DNA of 47,035 nt from sequence record PZ787841.1; one strand, 5' to 3'. The stretch is from a phage. The position numbers were made by a program, and so were the translations under genes. Below, one piece after another: positions 23,398 through 35,055 of the stretch. A model generated the notes under the pieces. It saw only the letters and a list, made by a program, of their open reading frames with translations. It was not told where the DNA came from and did no database searches. The stretch's first letter is position 1. The number at the start of each line of letters is the position of its first letter.

Positions 23398-23884
23398 TCA
23401 CGCCCTCCGAACTTCGGTGCGACCGTACCAGCCACTGACCGCGAAGATAGCTCAAGAATGGTATCCACTTCCGGGAATACTGGCTGCGGGGCGATGGTCG
23501 GGTCGGTTTCGCTGACCGCGTATTCCCACTCCAGCACGTCCACCTTCTTGGATTTCGGCACTTTGGTGTCAGCGGTGGTGTCGTTGAACAGGGCTGTTCC
23601 TTCAGCTGCCTTAACAGCCAGAGTTGTTTGCGCCTTTTTGACAGCCGTCGGGATACCTTCATATCCTGCACCTTCACGGGGCCAGCCCAGTTCACCCTTG
23701 GGTGTGCCGGGCCACTGGGGGTTGTACTTGTCGAGGTAGTCCATGGCGAGTCGAGCTTGCTGGTCAGCTGGTCATCTGCCGGGAGGGTGATGCCACGGAG
23801 GGCGGCGTAGTCTTTGAGGTCTTGTACGCTGATGTAGGAGTTTGCCCCCTCCACCAACGTTCCGTCTTCGATGATAATTGGCAA
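23385..23884 (-). CDS. Head-tail adaptor (gp6-like connector)
   Basis: TTG start at 23882-23884 with GGAGG RBS; PIIIEDGTLVEGANSYISVQDLKDYAALRGITLP; continues in ORF 23385..23744. Confidence 0.5.
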
Positions 23885-24292
23885 GGGGGCGTCCTCCGCT
23901 TATTTGCCTAACTGGGCTTTCTTGATTTTTTCGTCCAGTGCACGCTGCTCGGCGGCGAGCTCTGCGATGGATGGGTTAGTGGCGTTCGGTTCAGGAACCG
24001 TTGCCGTCTTCTTATCGTCCTTTTTGGTCGTCATTAGGCTTTATCCTGCTTTGCGTCGAGGGCGGTTTGCAGACCGGTCGCCTGTGCGATGGTGTGCGTG
24101 TGAGTGCCTGCCAGTTTGGCGTTCTTCAGGTTGCCATAGACCACGATGGTTTCCTTCTCCAGCGCTGAGCGGGTTCGGGTTGGTAGCGTTCGGTACTTTA
24201 TCGGCCATTTGATACCTCGTACAAAAGAGGGGGCCAGCGCCCCCTGTTCGATATTAAGGGGGATTAGCCCTTAGTGGTGCAGAACGCCATGT

Positions 24293-25357
24293 TTACTTTC
24301 TTACGATCGTAAATGCGCTCCCAGTTGGTCGCCGACGGAGGTCAGCCCAACTTGCGTTCTTCACCGCCACGCCGTCATCGGTCGAACCGTTGCCAGTCAG
24401 TGTGGTGGCGTTGAACTTGTACCCGGTCGGGTCCAGCAGCCACGTTTTACGGGAGAACAGCGTCTCGACGCCGCCACCGTGACCGCCAGATGGGGAACGA
24501 TCGATTTCGTGCGGAACGCGCGGCGTACCGTTGCCGTAGGTCAGAGAACCTGCACCGAACAGCACGGTCAGGTAGGTACGGGTCGGGCCGCTACCGAACG
24601 TCGGCATGGAGTCATCAATGACCACACGGCAGTTCTTGTACGACAGGTACAGGAGGTTGCCTTCGGAGTCGCGGATGTACTCGATTTCGTTGTTCTTGGT
24701 GATGCGCTTCGCCACCATGGAATGCATGGCTACAACGCCCAGATTGCCGACGTGGTCGCCCATCGTAAACTGCGCGTCTACGAAGTTGTTCACGTTGAAA
24801 TCTGCTCGCCGACGTCCGCATAACCGGAGGCGTCGACCACCATGTCGCCGCCGTTCGCCGCCACGTTGTCGTTGTACAGGCCAACGACGGTAGCGATGAT
24901 GCGCTTCTGGAACTGACGTGCCCAGTAGTTGTCTACACGGTTCGCCATGCGCTGGTTCGGAGAAGAACCTGCCAGCTCGGTGACGAGGTCTGCCGCAGCC
25001 CAGCTGTTGTTCAGGAGGAACGCAATGCGTGCGGTCTGCTCAGAGTTCGTTTTGTCCGGCGTGGAGTGATCGGCTGGGTTGTCGTTCGAGTAGTTCGGCT
25101 CGTCTAGACGCGTCAAATCGATTCCAGTGCGGCAGGGTGATAGTGGAACCACCATTTGCCAGCATGCTGTTAATGAGTGGGGAAGAGCGCATCACGCCGG
25201 AATCGGCAAACGCGGTCAATTCCACGTTGTGGTTGACGGAATAGCTGGTAAACAGGTCCGGGATATATGCATCCGTCAGGGCCACTGTGCCAGCCGCGCC
25301 CGCCAACGTGGGCGCGATGTAGTCAGGAACTAAGATACCGCCTGCTGTCTTTTTCAT
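24293..25357 (-). CDS. Major capsid protein
   Basis: ATG at 25355-25357 (MKKTAGGILVPDYIAP...); ORFs 25040..25534, 24790..25155, 24293..24793; position between scaffold-like and neck genes. Confidence 0.6.
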
Positions 25358-25379
25358 GCTTGTCTCATTATCCGAAAAG

Positions 25380-25990
25380 TCGTTTGAGTTGTTCCGGGTC
25401 TTCTTTCGCAGTCTGGCACGCTCTGCTTCCGGCATGTTCCGCGCGGTTTCACGGTATACTGCTCGCTCTGCCCACCCGGTCCACGTTGTCCACCAGTACC
25501 AGACCCGCCCTTGGCAGTCAGGAACGGTTCCCATTCTTTCACCTGAGCGAGCTCTCCGCGAGATCGTCGAGTGTCATCGCAGACACCGCACCGTCTTTGT
25601 CCAAAACCCGCGTCACCACTTACCGTCTTCATCGATTTCTGCGGTCAGACGTCGGGCCACGTGGTGTTCCATAGCGGACGGCACCTTGAGGAGTTCAGAA
25701 GCCAGTTTAGCAGTGGCTTCGCCCACGGTCGAGGTTGAGATGCTCGCCTTTAGTTACCCTCGGCGGCTTCACTTGCTGCTGCTTAGCTCCGCGATTTGCT
25801 TCTTCTAGGACGCTTCGAGTGCTTCCACATCCGGGCCACCTTTGCCGCGAGACTTGTCATTCCGAGGTCGGTGACCTTCAGTTCCAGTCAGCCAGCTTCT
25901 GGCGCAATGCCTTGTTGGCGTCCTTCTCGTGGTCACGCGCACGGCGCATGGTGTCGAGTGAGGTTTCGTCGAACAGACCCTTCGATGTCG
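25380..25990 (-). CDS. Scaffolding-like protein
   Basis: Charged, helical, fragmented ORFs immediately upstream of the capsid gene; position-based call. Confidence 0.3.
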
Positions 25991-25999
25991 ATGGTCAGC

Positions 26000-27268
26000 T
26001 TAAAACTCGGACCCATCCTGCTCGTACAGGGAGCGGTATGCTTCCGGCACAGAAGTCAGGTTGGACACAGTACGCGCTAGCTTCGCGGACGCCGTGCCAG
26101 CCAGTTGCGGAAAGGTTGAACCGAGTTGATGATGTGGGTGTTTTTCATTGTCATACTCCAGTATGTGCCACGGGCACGGATTTTTTGAGCTATTCGGACC
26201 ACAGGACCGATTCCACTCGCACAGGTCGCAGACCAGCACGTTGAAAGCTGCGGATTGATCCATTCGTTTCATCTCGTCCAGTGTCAACGGTTCGACGAAC
26301 GTCCCAGATTGAGTCGGGCGAACTCTGCGGCGCTGATGCCGCCTTTGTCGAAGAGCTTGGCTCTCGTCGGCCCCAAAGCCAGTACCTTAACTCGTAGGAC
26401 TCGCCTTTTTAACCATTCATAGTAGCTGATGCTGCCTGCCACGTACCCGTCTTTCGAGGAACGAGTGCCGCCTGTTGTGCCGCTGCGGTATTCCGCTTTC
26501 GGCACTGGCACCGTCGTACTACGGGCAACCGGGGTGGAGTGGTGGGACCGGGCCTTGCCCGTTCTTGAACTCCCGACCGTCGAGGCTGGGCAGATGGTCG
26601 AGGTTCGCCCGTCCAGTGTCGCCGCAGTTTATAGCCTTCGACGATGTCGTCGTTTGCGTCCCACGCTGCCATTCTTGCCGTATTCGCCACGTGCTGGGTG
26701 GCTGTCCGGATGACCGTCTCGGTGTCGCGGTTGAACTTCGCCAGCAGCCCGTCGGTGTATCCGGCTTTCTTGGTGCCTCTGACCGCCTGAATCGGCTGGG
26801 ATTTCGTCATCCCTGACCAGTACCCTTTGCGGACCAGGTTCTGCACCGCCTCTACCTGAGCTGTTCTCCCAGTCCTTGGAAAGGCTTCAGCAGCTGCCCG
26901 GTGGCTTGGATAGGTGCTTCACTTGCCAGCTTCCAGCTGTCGATGCTGCTATGGGGTTTATTGTAGCAGAGGTGCCACAGCTGGCAAGGTGTTTAGTTCG
27001 AGGGTAGACTTTCAGCCGCTAATCCTCGTTCTTGGCCTGAATTCGGTGGTCCAGTCCGGCAATACCCCCCGCATTTTTCCGTCGAGCTTCTCGATTGCGG
27101 CGTCTAGGTCACGGAGTGAAGCGCTCGTGCTCGATACGCCTTGGTCGAGTGCCTCCAGCAGCTGACCGGATGGCCCGGTCGAATGCCTTCGGCTGTCTGT
27201 TCCGGAAGTCCTTGCCAGTTTGCGCCTTCAGGCGCTCGTGAGCACCTGCCGACGTGTGATGATATTGA
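26000..27268 (-). CDS. Head morphogenesis (minor head) protein
   Basis: ATG near 27268 (MINNDLINIITRRQ...); ORFs 26409..26846, 26284..26511, 26000..26287; position after portal. Confidence 0.4.
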
Positions 27269-27283
27269 TCAGGTCGTTGTTAA

Positions 27284-28779
27284 TCATTCTTCACTTCCCG
27301 GTGGGTTGTTCGGGTCAGCGGGTGGGTCTTCCTCTTCCGGGTCAGTTCCCAAATCCAGCGGCTGGCGGTTCGTCGGAGTAGATTTCCTCCCGTGCCTCCT
27401 CGTCCTCTTGGAACGCCGTGCCGCCTTTCTTGAACGCAAAGCGCATCTCGAGAGAAGCTGATGGCACCTGCTTGCCACGCCGCGATGTAAGCGGTCATCT
27501 CTTCCGGTGACATCCGGGACAGGTCGAAGTCGGTGTTCAGTTCGAACTCGATTTCTTCGAGGTTGTCGCCCGTGTAGTCACACAGCCAGCTGAGGCACTG
27601 CAGGTACGCCGCACTCACGTTCCGGGAGATGGTCGCTAGGATGGACGTCTGCGTGGCGCGGTCGCCGCTGTATTCCTTCGCCGTACGCTGCACGTCACGG
27701 TTCTGGACGATACGCGCGCCCAGTGCCACCATCTGGTTTTCCTTGTGCTCCATAGCTAGCTACCTTGGCTTCAAGGTTCCCGCTGGTTTCGAGCAGTTTG
27801 ATATCGCCGCCTTTCGGCATTTAATCAGTTCGCGCGAACCTAGGTAGATAGGCTTGTTCCCCAGTACCTCTTACCCAAGCCATATCCAGCCCGGTGACGA
27901 TAGGGGTCGGCTGGCCGATAAAAAAGACTGAGTTCTTCGTAGTCGGCGGAGTTGATGTAGTGGCCTTGGTTAATCTCGGCGATGTCTGCCAGTGGGCTAT
28001 CGTCCACGCCGGGGTCGTTGTTGTCGGAACCCACGCGGTGACTGCCGGGATTTCGTTAACGGCTTGCCATCGGCACGTGTCGGGCGGACCCAGTCGGAAG
28101 CGACCAGTGTATCGTCTACCGTAGTCCAACGACGCGCCCAAAAGTTCGCCGTCGATCAGACGCAGTTCACGGTAGCCCTTCTCTACGTACTCTTCGAAGG
28201 TGTCGTCACCGTTGCGGTCCACGTACTCACGCAGCACGAGCAGGGTCAGGCGGCGCTTGTCCACCCACCAGCGATTCGCGCCAGTTGATGATGTCTTCAG
28301 GCGGTACGTTGGTGGTCGAAGGGGCGGATTTCGCCGCTCGACACATCGGCGGCACTTGCTGCCCCGTCCACGTTGATAGTCGGCGAACAGGCAGTGGCGA
28401 CCAAAGCCGATGACGTCTGTCGTGACTTCTTTTGCCTGCTGATCAGCCCGGTGCCAGAACCCGTGACATCCTCTTGCAAAGCGGCCCACGAGGTAGGCAG
28501 GACGACCACCGGGTCACGGCTGAACACCTGACCCAGCATACCTTTTACCGTGTTTCCGGTGATGTTGTAGAAGCGGGCACGCATCGACATAGTCTTGAAG
28601 CGCTCGTCCCCCATCTTCGTGCCACGTGTGGCGGGGTCGGGGTGCGGCGACCACTCTGCACCACCGCGTTTGACTTCCTGCGGCCCGGTGAGGCACGCAC
28701 GGATGAAGGCGTACAGCCGCTGCACCTTCCGCAGGGCTGTTTTTTCGTACTCAACAGTGGCGACGCTGACTCTTGACAT
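27284..28779 (-). CDS. Portal protein
   Basis: About 480 aa directly downstream of terL; acidic C-terminus DLGTDPEEEDPPADPNNPPGSEE; ORFs 28297..28779, 27821..28489, 27280..27753. Confidence 0.55.
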
Positions 28780-28791
28780 TGGGTTCTCCGG

Positions 28792-30259
28792 TTATCCGTG
28801 GCGGCGCAACTGGACGTCAACACCTGCCATTGAGTTATCGATTTCGTTCAACACTGCATATCGTACGTCATCGTAAACGTGGTCTTCGGCTTTGGTGTCC
28901 ACGTCATCGAACTTTTTCGGGTCGCGCGGCGGCACTGGTAGGGTCGTGCGGAAGGCATTGCATCGATGCATGGCGTAGATGCCCGGCTCTTCCTCGTTTT
29001 CCTTGACTGCTTCGAGTCGGTCGCGCACAAGCTGCAAGCCGTTGGTACGGGAACCGGGGGACTTGTTGGCCCGCTCCCAGTAGACGCCCACGTCTGACAT
29101 CTTGTCGGCGATGGTCGGCTCGTCGTCGCCCTCGTTCTGGTTGAGTATCTGTCCGTCTGCGACCCCTGAATAAGGCATTTTACCCATCCAGCCGCTTTCG
29201 TACCATTCTGTGTCTCTCTCGAGGATACCTTCTCCAACCTTGCGAGCTGCCATCTTTAGAGCCCTTGTTAGACCCTACCTTCTCGGTGCCGTACCACTCC
29301 GCGATACGGATAAGGGAACCCGCCTGCAGAAATACGACCCATCGGGCGGCTTGACCTCCTCACCGTTGGCGATGGCCCACAGCCCGTAGCTGAACGGGTG
29401 AGTGCTGCCCAGTCGAGAAGGTGCGGAAGAATTCGCCACGATTCCGGTACTTTGAAATTCGGCACCATGACCCGGTCGGTCCACACGTCATCGATAGCAC
29501 CACCCGCGACGATGTTCCAGTCACCCGTCTTCATGGCCTTGACCAGCTCAGGAGAACCGAGGCCGGACAGACGTGCTCATAGCCGGGGTCGTTTTTCAGC
29601 AGCAGATCTGGTTGTCCGCCAGCTTCGCGGGGATGTATTGGCGGAGCATACCGCCCTCGTCCTCGGCTGTGCGTGAAATGGCATAGTGTGCCTGATAGTC
29701 GACAAACGCGGCCTTAACCCAGTTGTGGACCAATGCTGCCGGGGTTCGACCCGTTCGTGATAAACGGCAGCTTCTCGCGGTACTCTGGCGGTGGCGACCA
29801 CTGACCGAGACGCACACGACCACGGAGGAAGGTATACTCGGCTTCTAGGAAGTGGGTCAGCTCGTCCATCAGCAGAATGTGGATTTCGGCACCTTGGTAC
29901 TTCATCAGGTTCTTTTTATGCTGCAGGTGGCACAGGTGGATAGTGGACCCGTTGGTAAAAGAATCTTGTTGTCTGACAGAATGCGGCACTGACCAGCTCG
30001 ACCAGCGGGTTGAGCATGACCGGGAAAGAGGAACCACCCTCCATGTGGTTCAGGTAGAGGTCGCCGTAGTTGCGGCGGAAGATGTAAATCTGGACACCGG
30101 GGCACTCCATCGCGTAAATCATAGCCAGAGCACGCATCAGGTGCGACTTCCCGCCGCCAGCTGCTCCGCCGTACAGGATTTCAGTCGCCTTGCTCGATAA
30201 AAGCGAATCCCTGTTTCGGTTGCAGGGACAGGTTGACTTCCGGTGCCATTGCTTGCATC
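28792..30259 (-). CDS. terL: Terminase large subunit
   Basis: ATG at 30257-30259 (MQAMAPEVNLSLQPKQGFAFIEQ); Walker A YGGAAGGGKS after stitching; ORF 29916..30137; nuclease-domain region in ORF 28792..29253. Confidence 0.85.
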
Positions 30260-30338
30260 TTATTCCTCTTTACACTTCGTTGTACCCGGTGGTGCGGGAA
30301 CGGGTAGCGGGTTGTATCCGTTGTGCTTTCGCAGCACA

Positions 30339-30830
30339 TTAGTCAGGTCCGGGTAGCCGACCCACACGAGACAGTGGAGATAGGCGGTGTACGCCAGCAA
30401 GTCCTCGGTATTCTCTATGTGGCTCATTTGCCTTTAGCGGGTGCAGCAGGCTTTCCGGTGTCTTGCGTTCCACTTCCTGAGGCTGGACTGGACCCTGTGG
30501 ACATCCTACCAACAGAAGCAGGCAGCTGGACTTGAGAAAAGCTTTGATTTCTTCATCATTTTGTCCAAGTTTGCGGAGCAGGGCGCGGATTTCGGTCTGA
30601 CGACGCTCTATGTCGTCTCTTATGCTGTTCAGGTCTTGTATGGACGTATTCAGCTTGGTAAAGTCCTCACGCATGTGTTCCTCGGCACGGTTTGATTGGT
30701 TTCGTTGACTATGTTCAGATGCTGGATGCTTCCGGCCTGTGTGGTGATGACCTCACGTGCCGAATCCAACTGCATACAGGACGATTGAAACCCCCACCGC
30801 TAGCGCGGCGAGGATACCAAGACCTGATAA
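30339..30830 (-). CDS. Spanin: i-spanin (N-terminal TM plus coiled coil) with an embedded lipoprotein-type o-spanin candidate
   Basis: MGAKLKG then LLLSGLGILAALAVGVSIVLYAVGF (TM); coiled coil in ORF 30339..30674; LLLLVGC lipobox-like motif followed by a Pro-rich stretch. Confidence 0.4.
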
Positions 30831-30839
30831 GAGCAGCCC

Positions 30840-31195
30840 TTAAGCTTAGCTCCCATTTCTATCTCCTTGCCGGGGTCTAGGTCTATCCCCAGCTTCTGCT
30901 TAACAAACCGGATGACCGCAAATACAGTGGCCTCCGCACCCAACCACGAAAACACCCCAACGATGACGCCGGACCATACCCAATGAAGACCGGACGCCCG
31001 ACACATTAACAGGGCCACCACGCCGAGAAAGCCAGCACTCAAACCTTCGAGAACCGCACGGCCTACTGTTGCCTGTTCTTTCTTGCCTACTGTGCGCGCA
31101 TCAAATAGCCTAGTCCACCGCCTATCGCGGCAAAAGCCACGAATATAGCGATTTCGACCCACGTTAACGCGGCGGCTAATAGCCCTGTTTTCATT
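30840..31195 (-). CDS. Holin (three predicted TM segments)
   Basis: ATG at 31193-31195 (MKTGLLAAALTWVEIAIFVAFAAIGGGLGYL...); further TM stretches in ORF 30800..31228. Confidence 0.5.
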
Positions 31196-31198
31196 TAT

Positions 31199-31697
31199 AC
31201 GCGCTCCAACAATGCAGGTACTCCGCACTCCTGCGCTTTTTTGAGATAGCCCGCTACCGTACCCTTGCCCGCCGACGTGTTATAGTGCTTTTTCCAGTAC
31301 TCGGCCCGGCCCACGAAGGACGACGGGATGGCACCGGGAGCGCGTGCATACCGCAAACGGCAAAACAGCATCGCAAGCAGCGGGCTGGTTTCCAGTTCTT
31401 GGTACTTGGTCTTGGACAGATCGATGTTGAACGTCTTCAGGACCGCGTCGGCTACCGGGCCTTTGGAATACAGACCCTTCAGCCAGTCGACGTGCCTTCA
31501 TCCACCTGCGTCGATCCCGTGCCTGCACCGTACGGGGTCGGGTCGCGGAGTGTGCCCAGCAGGGTTTCGGCGGCGGCGGTTTCCACGAGCAGGGCAACAG
31601 CTGCCTCTCGTGTAGCCGGGTCGCCGACGACCGCGCAAACCTGCCGGGCGTACATAACCGCGTCTTCTTTACTCTTCAGCCCATAGTACATGGGTTT
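31199..31697 (-). CDS. Hypothetical protein; endolysin candidate by position only
   Basis: ATG at 31695-31697 (MYYGLKSKEDAVMYARQV...); sits between terS and the holin; no catalytic motif recognised. Confidence 0.3.
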
Positions 31698-31703
31698 ACT
31701 CCT

Positions 31704-32253
31704 TTTTGTCGGTGATAGCCGTAGGACACTCTTCTTCGGTCGGCACCTGACCAAAAGTCTTGACGTTGAGGGTCGGACGCACGCCCTTGATACTTAACTC
31801 AGCCTGCTCCTTGAACACATGCCCAGCTGCTTGCCCAGCATCTCAGTGCTTTATTCGCTGCCGCGAGAAGTCGGACTATACTCGCCAGTCGGCTGACCGT
31901 CTTTGTCGAATACAGGGACGGCGTTCATGGCACGCTCTGCCACGTGACGCAGTCGCAACATGACAAACTCAGCACGACACTATCTGCGGGCGTTGATGCT
32001 CTGATGCGGCGTACTTGCTGTACTTGACGACGTTCGGCTTCTTGAGGATGTCGCACGCGGCTACCTTTGCAGCGAGATACGATTCGCAGTTCGGGCGAAT
32101 CAACATATAGGCTGCGGTTGCGTTCCGATAAGGGTCGGCGATGATGGCATCGACCAGCTGAACTTCATGGTCTTCGATGTGAACTCAATCGCTATCGGGT
32201 TGAACCGGGCGCTAGGTGGCGGATTGCTTTTCTTTTGCTTCTGTTTGGTCATG
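31704..32253 (-). CDS. terS: Terminase small subunit
   Basis: ATG at 32251-32253 (MTKQKQKKSNPP...); NATAAYMLIRPN...AAKVAACDILKKPNVVKY after stitching. Confidence 0.5.
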
Positions 32254-32344
32254 ATGGCCCCCGTGTTAGTTCTAAGATTAGACCACGGCGGGCTTGTGCG
32301 GGCAACAGCTTTGTGTTCGAATACACGTGCGGGTTGTACTTTTT

Positions 32345-32374
32345 GCCCACCCCCTTAAAGGTGGGCCTTTTTCC
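32345..32374 (+). terminator. Plus-strand terminator-like hairpin (orientation opposite to all genes)
   Basis: GCCCACC-cccttaaa-GGTGGGC followed by CTTTTTCC on the plus strand. Confidence 0.3.
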
Positions 32375-32447
32375 TACCTCGTCGTCCTGAAGGACGCCAG
32401 CCAACGACTCGCGGCCTCCCGGTCCAGTTTCTCCTTTTCTTTTTTTC

Positions 32448-32912
32448 CTAAGCAGGAAAGCCTGCTGGTCCAGTGCCGCCTTCACGGGCTGGCGGTCGTC
32501 GATTATGCGGCCCGTCGGTGAGGTCTTCATGCTTCAATCCCCCGTCCGATGGCTTCGTCGTAGTCGCGAGAGTCCTGCATTTGAAAAAGAGTTCGTCCGG
32601 GCAGGGCTCCGGGCGCTTCGAGGCCATTCTCGCAGCATAAGCTGCACGGTACGGGCGCATGGCACGCCACCAGTTGTACCCGTGGACGTCGCCCAACAGG
32701 TAGGTTGACACGGCGCACGGGGTGTGCATCGCGTAGGCCAGTACTTCGAGCAGCTCTTCTTCGCGCTCTTTCAGGAAGACCTCGCGGGTGCGGTACTCGC
32801 TGCCGTTTGCGTAGTAGTCTTCCAGCTGGTCGCGGATGTAGGCCAGCATGTCCAGAAGCTCGTTGCGGTTGGTCATGGTGCAGCGGGTAAAGCCAATAAG
32901 TTCGAGTTTCAT
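32448..32912 (-). CDS. Hypothetical protein
   Basis: ORF 32448..32912 (MKLELIGFTRCTMTNRNELLDMLAYIRDQ...), no motif recognised. Confidence 0.3.
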   Translation of the reverse strand: MKLELIGFTRCTMTNRNELLDMLAYIRDQLEDYYANGSEYRTREVFLKEREEELLEVLAYAMHTPCAVSTYLLGDVHGYNWWRAMRPYRAAYAARMASKRPEPCPDELFFKCRTLATTTKPSDGGLKHEDLTDGPHNRRPPAREGGTGPAGFPA

Positions 32913-32928
32913 CTCTTATCTCCGGTGT

Positions 32929-33295
32929 TTAGTGCCCCAACCCTTGACTGTACGATGGATGGGGGTCGGTGTCAATTAGTTTGCAGCGTCCCAGTACTTC
33001 ATGTCGATGACGCCAGCCGCCTGCATCTTCTCCAGCAGGCCATAGGCTGAGTCGCTGCACTGCGGTAGATGTCGTGGTATCCGCACTCGTCGTCGCCGAC
33101 CACCGTCTGGAAGCCACCAGTGAACAGGCGGTAGTGATGCCACACTTTACCGTCGATGCGACGCAGGGCCACACATGCGTTCACGTCGGTGTCCATGCCG
33201 TCCTCGGTCATCACTTCGTGCAGGTCGTCCGAGCGCTCGATGAAGAGTTCAAACAGCGGGGTTTGCTCTGGATAGCCCATAATACCCACTGGCAC
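32929..33295 (-). CDS. Hypothetical protein
   Basis: ORF 32999..33295 (MPVGIMGYPEQTPLFELFIERSDDLHEVMTEDG...). Confidence 0.3.
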
Positions 33296-33338
33296 GGTCT
33301 GGTTCAGGTTGGATAAGGTTCGCGTTCATCTAATCTCC

Positions 33339-33461
33339 TTAGTACGCCACGCCAGAGTGCAGACGGGTTTTCATGTAGCGGGCCACGATAGCCTTCGCTT
33401 GTTCTGCGGTGTCTGCGTCGTAGGTCGCGATGGTCTTGCTGCAAAACTTGAACTTGGTCAT
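33339..33461 (-). CDS. Small protein (40 aa) behind a consensus promoter
   Basis: MTKFKFCSKTIATYDADTAEQAKAIVARYMKTRLHSGVAY; leader CAACCaCCCGGAGATgcAGAGATG resembles the other promoter-proximal leaders. Confidence 0.35.
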   Translation of the reverse strand: MTKFKFCSKTIATYDADTAEQAKAIVARYMKTRLHSGVAY

Positions 33462-33501
33462 CTCTGCATCTCCGGGTGGTTGGGGTCGTGCTGTAATCTT
33501 T

Positions 33502-33563
33502 ATTATACCAAAGCCCCAACTCCCTGTCAATGGTCGATGCACGAGGATGCGACCTTTGTCACA
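33502..33563 (-). promoter_or_regulatory. Consensus sigma70 promoter TTGACA-17-TATAAT (minus strand) with an upstream TGTGA-N6-TCGCA palindrome
   Basis: Plus-strand attata at 33502-33507 and tgtcaa at 33525-33530; palindrome (plus strand tgcgacctttgtcaca) at 33548-33563. Confidence 0.55.
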
Positions 33564-33747
33564 CGAAGCACGGGTTCAAATAGTTGGGATGTGGCACTCG
33601 TCACGCAGCACTCGGAGGTCGGTCTGTGTTCCATCGAGCGGTCGTTCGAGCATAAGAGGAGGGGGACTCGACGGAACGTTCTTTTTATGTGTATCTACAT
33701 AAGCTAATCTTGACAAGATAGGCACTCTCATGCGTTCGGGTCTTTTT

Positions 33748-33962
33748 GTTCCATTGCGTTCCACCATCGTTCCACTATGCCCGGAACAACCCTCCTAAAC
33801 ACGCGCGTAAAAGGGAAACCGCGTCGGTCGCGGACTCTCTCGCCTCGGACGGCAGTTCAGCTATGTCTGTTCCATTGTTCCATCTCCGAATATTAAGTCT
33901 CATATTGTCGGCCGCCGACAGTTTCGATTCTCGCGGACGTAAGAGTGGAACAGGGGAACAGG
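33748..33962. repeat. Iteron-rich element, copy B (same architecture as 9421-9620)
   Basis: tgttccat/cgttccac repeats at 33758-33780; gttccattgttccatc at 33869-33884; palindrome TGTCGGCCGCCGACA at 33906-33920; ggaacaggggaacag at 33947-33961. Confidence 0.7.
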
Positions 33963-33989
33963 CCATCGAGCGCTGCCCATGGCGCTGCT

Positions 33990-34910
33990 ACCCCGGCCCC
34001 AATCCCCCTTTTTAATGTATTCAGCAGACCTGAGACCGTGGTTTTCAGCTGCTGCTCCCGGCGCTTGGCCACAGTGCCGCTTATCGTGTTCCCACAGGCC
34101 ACGACCATGCCCGACAGCTCCAGGACCGACAGGAATTTGTCCTTGCTCTCCATCAGTGCGACCATCAGGCTATCGACCAGCATCACATCACCATCATCCA
34201 CAGGTCGGTCGACCACTACCGCCTGCAGTGCTGCCTTAATCCCCATTCACGGTACTGGCGACTGTGAACTGCTCACGACCAGCTGCGTTTGTCTCTTGCT
34301 CCCGACATCGGTCAGGGAGAGCACGTATTCGTATTCATTTTCGTCTTCTTCACAGTCCCACCCCGTCCATCAGCTCATTAACACCGTCACCTCACGAGCG
34401 CCCATCGGCAGCTCGACCCGATACCAAGCCTTCAGTCCGGTCTTCGCAGTCGAAGCGAGTGCGTCCATTGCCACCCGGTGGTATTCGTTCACCAGAGGAA
34501 CCAGCCACGGGGTCACGCCAGCCAGAGCAGCAATCAGCTGGTTTTCCAGCATCTCGGCACTCAAATCCTGCCCAGCACCCGCAGGTCAGGACAGGCTTCG
34601 CTGCCACGGTTGCTCGAGCTTCCACCCACCAGCACCGACACATCAGCGTATTTTCTCGTATAATCGGTCCCCGCTATCGCAGTTATGGTCCGCACGCCAC
34701 CAGTGCTGCGTACAAGCTCACCACCCACCGCAACCACGTTCCCACAGTCCCGGATAAGCATCTCGGTCAGTCCACGCTCTACATCCACCCCACAACGTCT
34801 GAACGCCTCGACCGTCTTTCCCAACCTCTGTAGCCGTACCAACGACCGTCGACTCGAACCCATCAGCCCAGATGGTGGTTATCTGGAATTTCTGACCTTC
34901 GCCTTTAGTA
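33990..34910 (-). CDS. Cluster of about three small hypothetical ORFs lying between the two halves of repeat copy B
   Basis: Minus ORFs 34561..34863, 34370..34564, 33893..34246; no motif recognised. Confidence 0.3.
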
Positions 34911-34947
34911 TTCATTTTGTTCACCTTTTGCATCCGACAGTTTATTT

Positions 34948-35055
34948 CAGTATTTAGCAAACGAGAAGCTCTCCGTGAACCTCTCGTATTGACCCGCTAC
35001 ATCAGTATTCCCGACCCCCCTCAGGTCAAGGGAAGTACCAGCCGTTTGCACTCTT
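34948..35055. repeat. Conserved ~100-bp element, copy B, directly 3' of the AP2-like gene
   Basis: gcaaacgagaagcTctccgtgaa ... 52 nt ... gaagtaccagccgtttg; internal hairpin ccct-N7-aggg. Confidence 0.6.

Noticed and set aside
22313-23884. Single 523-aa minus-strand ORF in the six-frame track
   Set aside because: Its middle is out-of-frame read-through; the region resolves into four small neck genes (adaptor, head closure, gp10-like, tail terminator-like) once frame breaks are allowed.
33945-34757. Long plus-strand ORFs (this one 270 aa; also 35639..36412, 15273..16064, 42568..43137)
   Set aside because: Pro/Ser/Arg-rich, low-complexity translations lying antisense to recognisable minus-strand genes; typical shadow ORFs in GC-rich DNA with no RBS or motif support.
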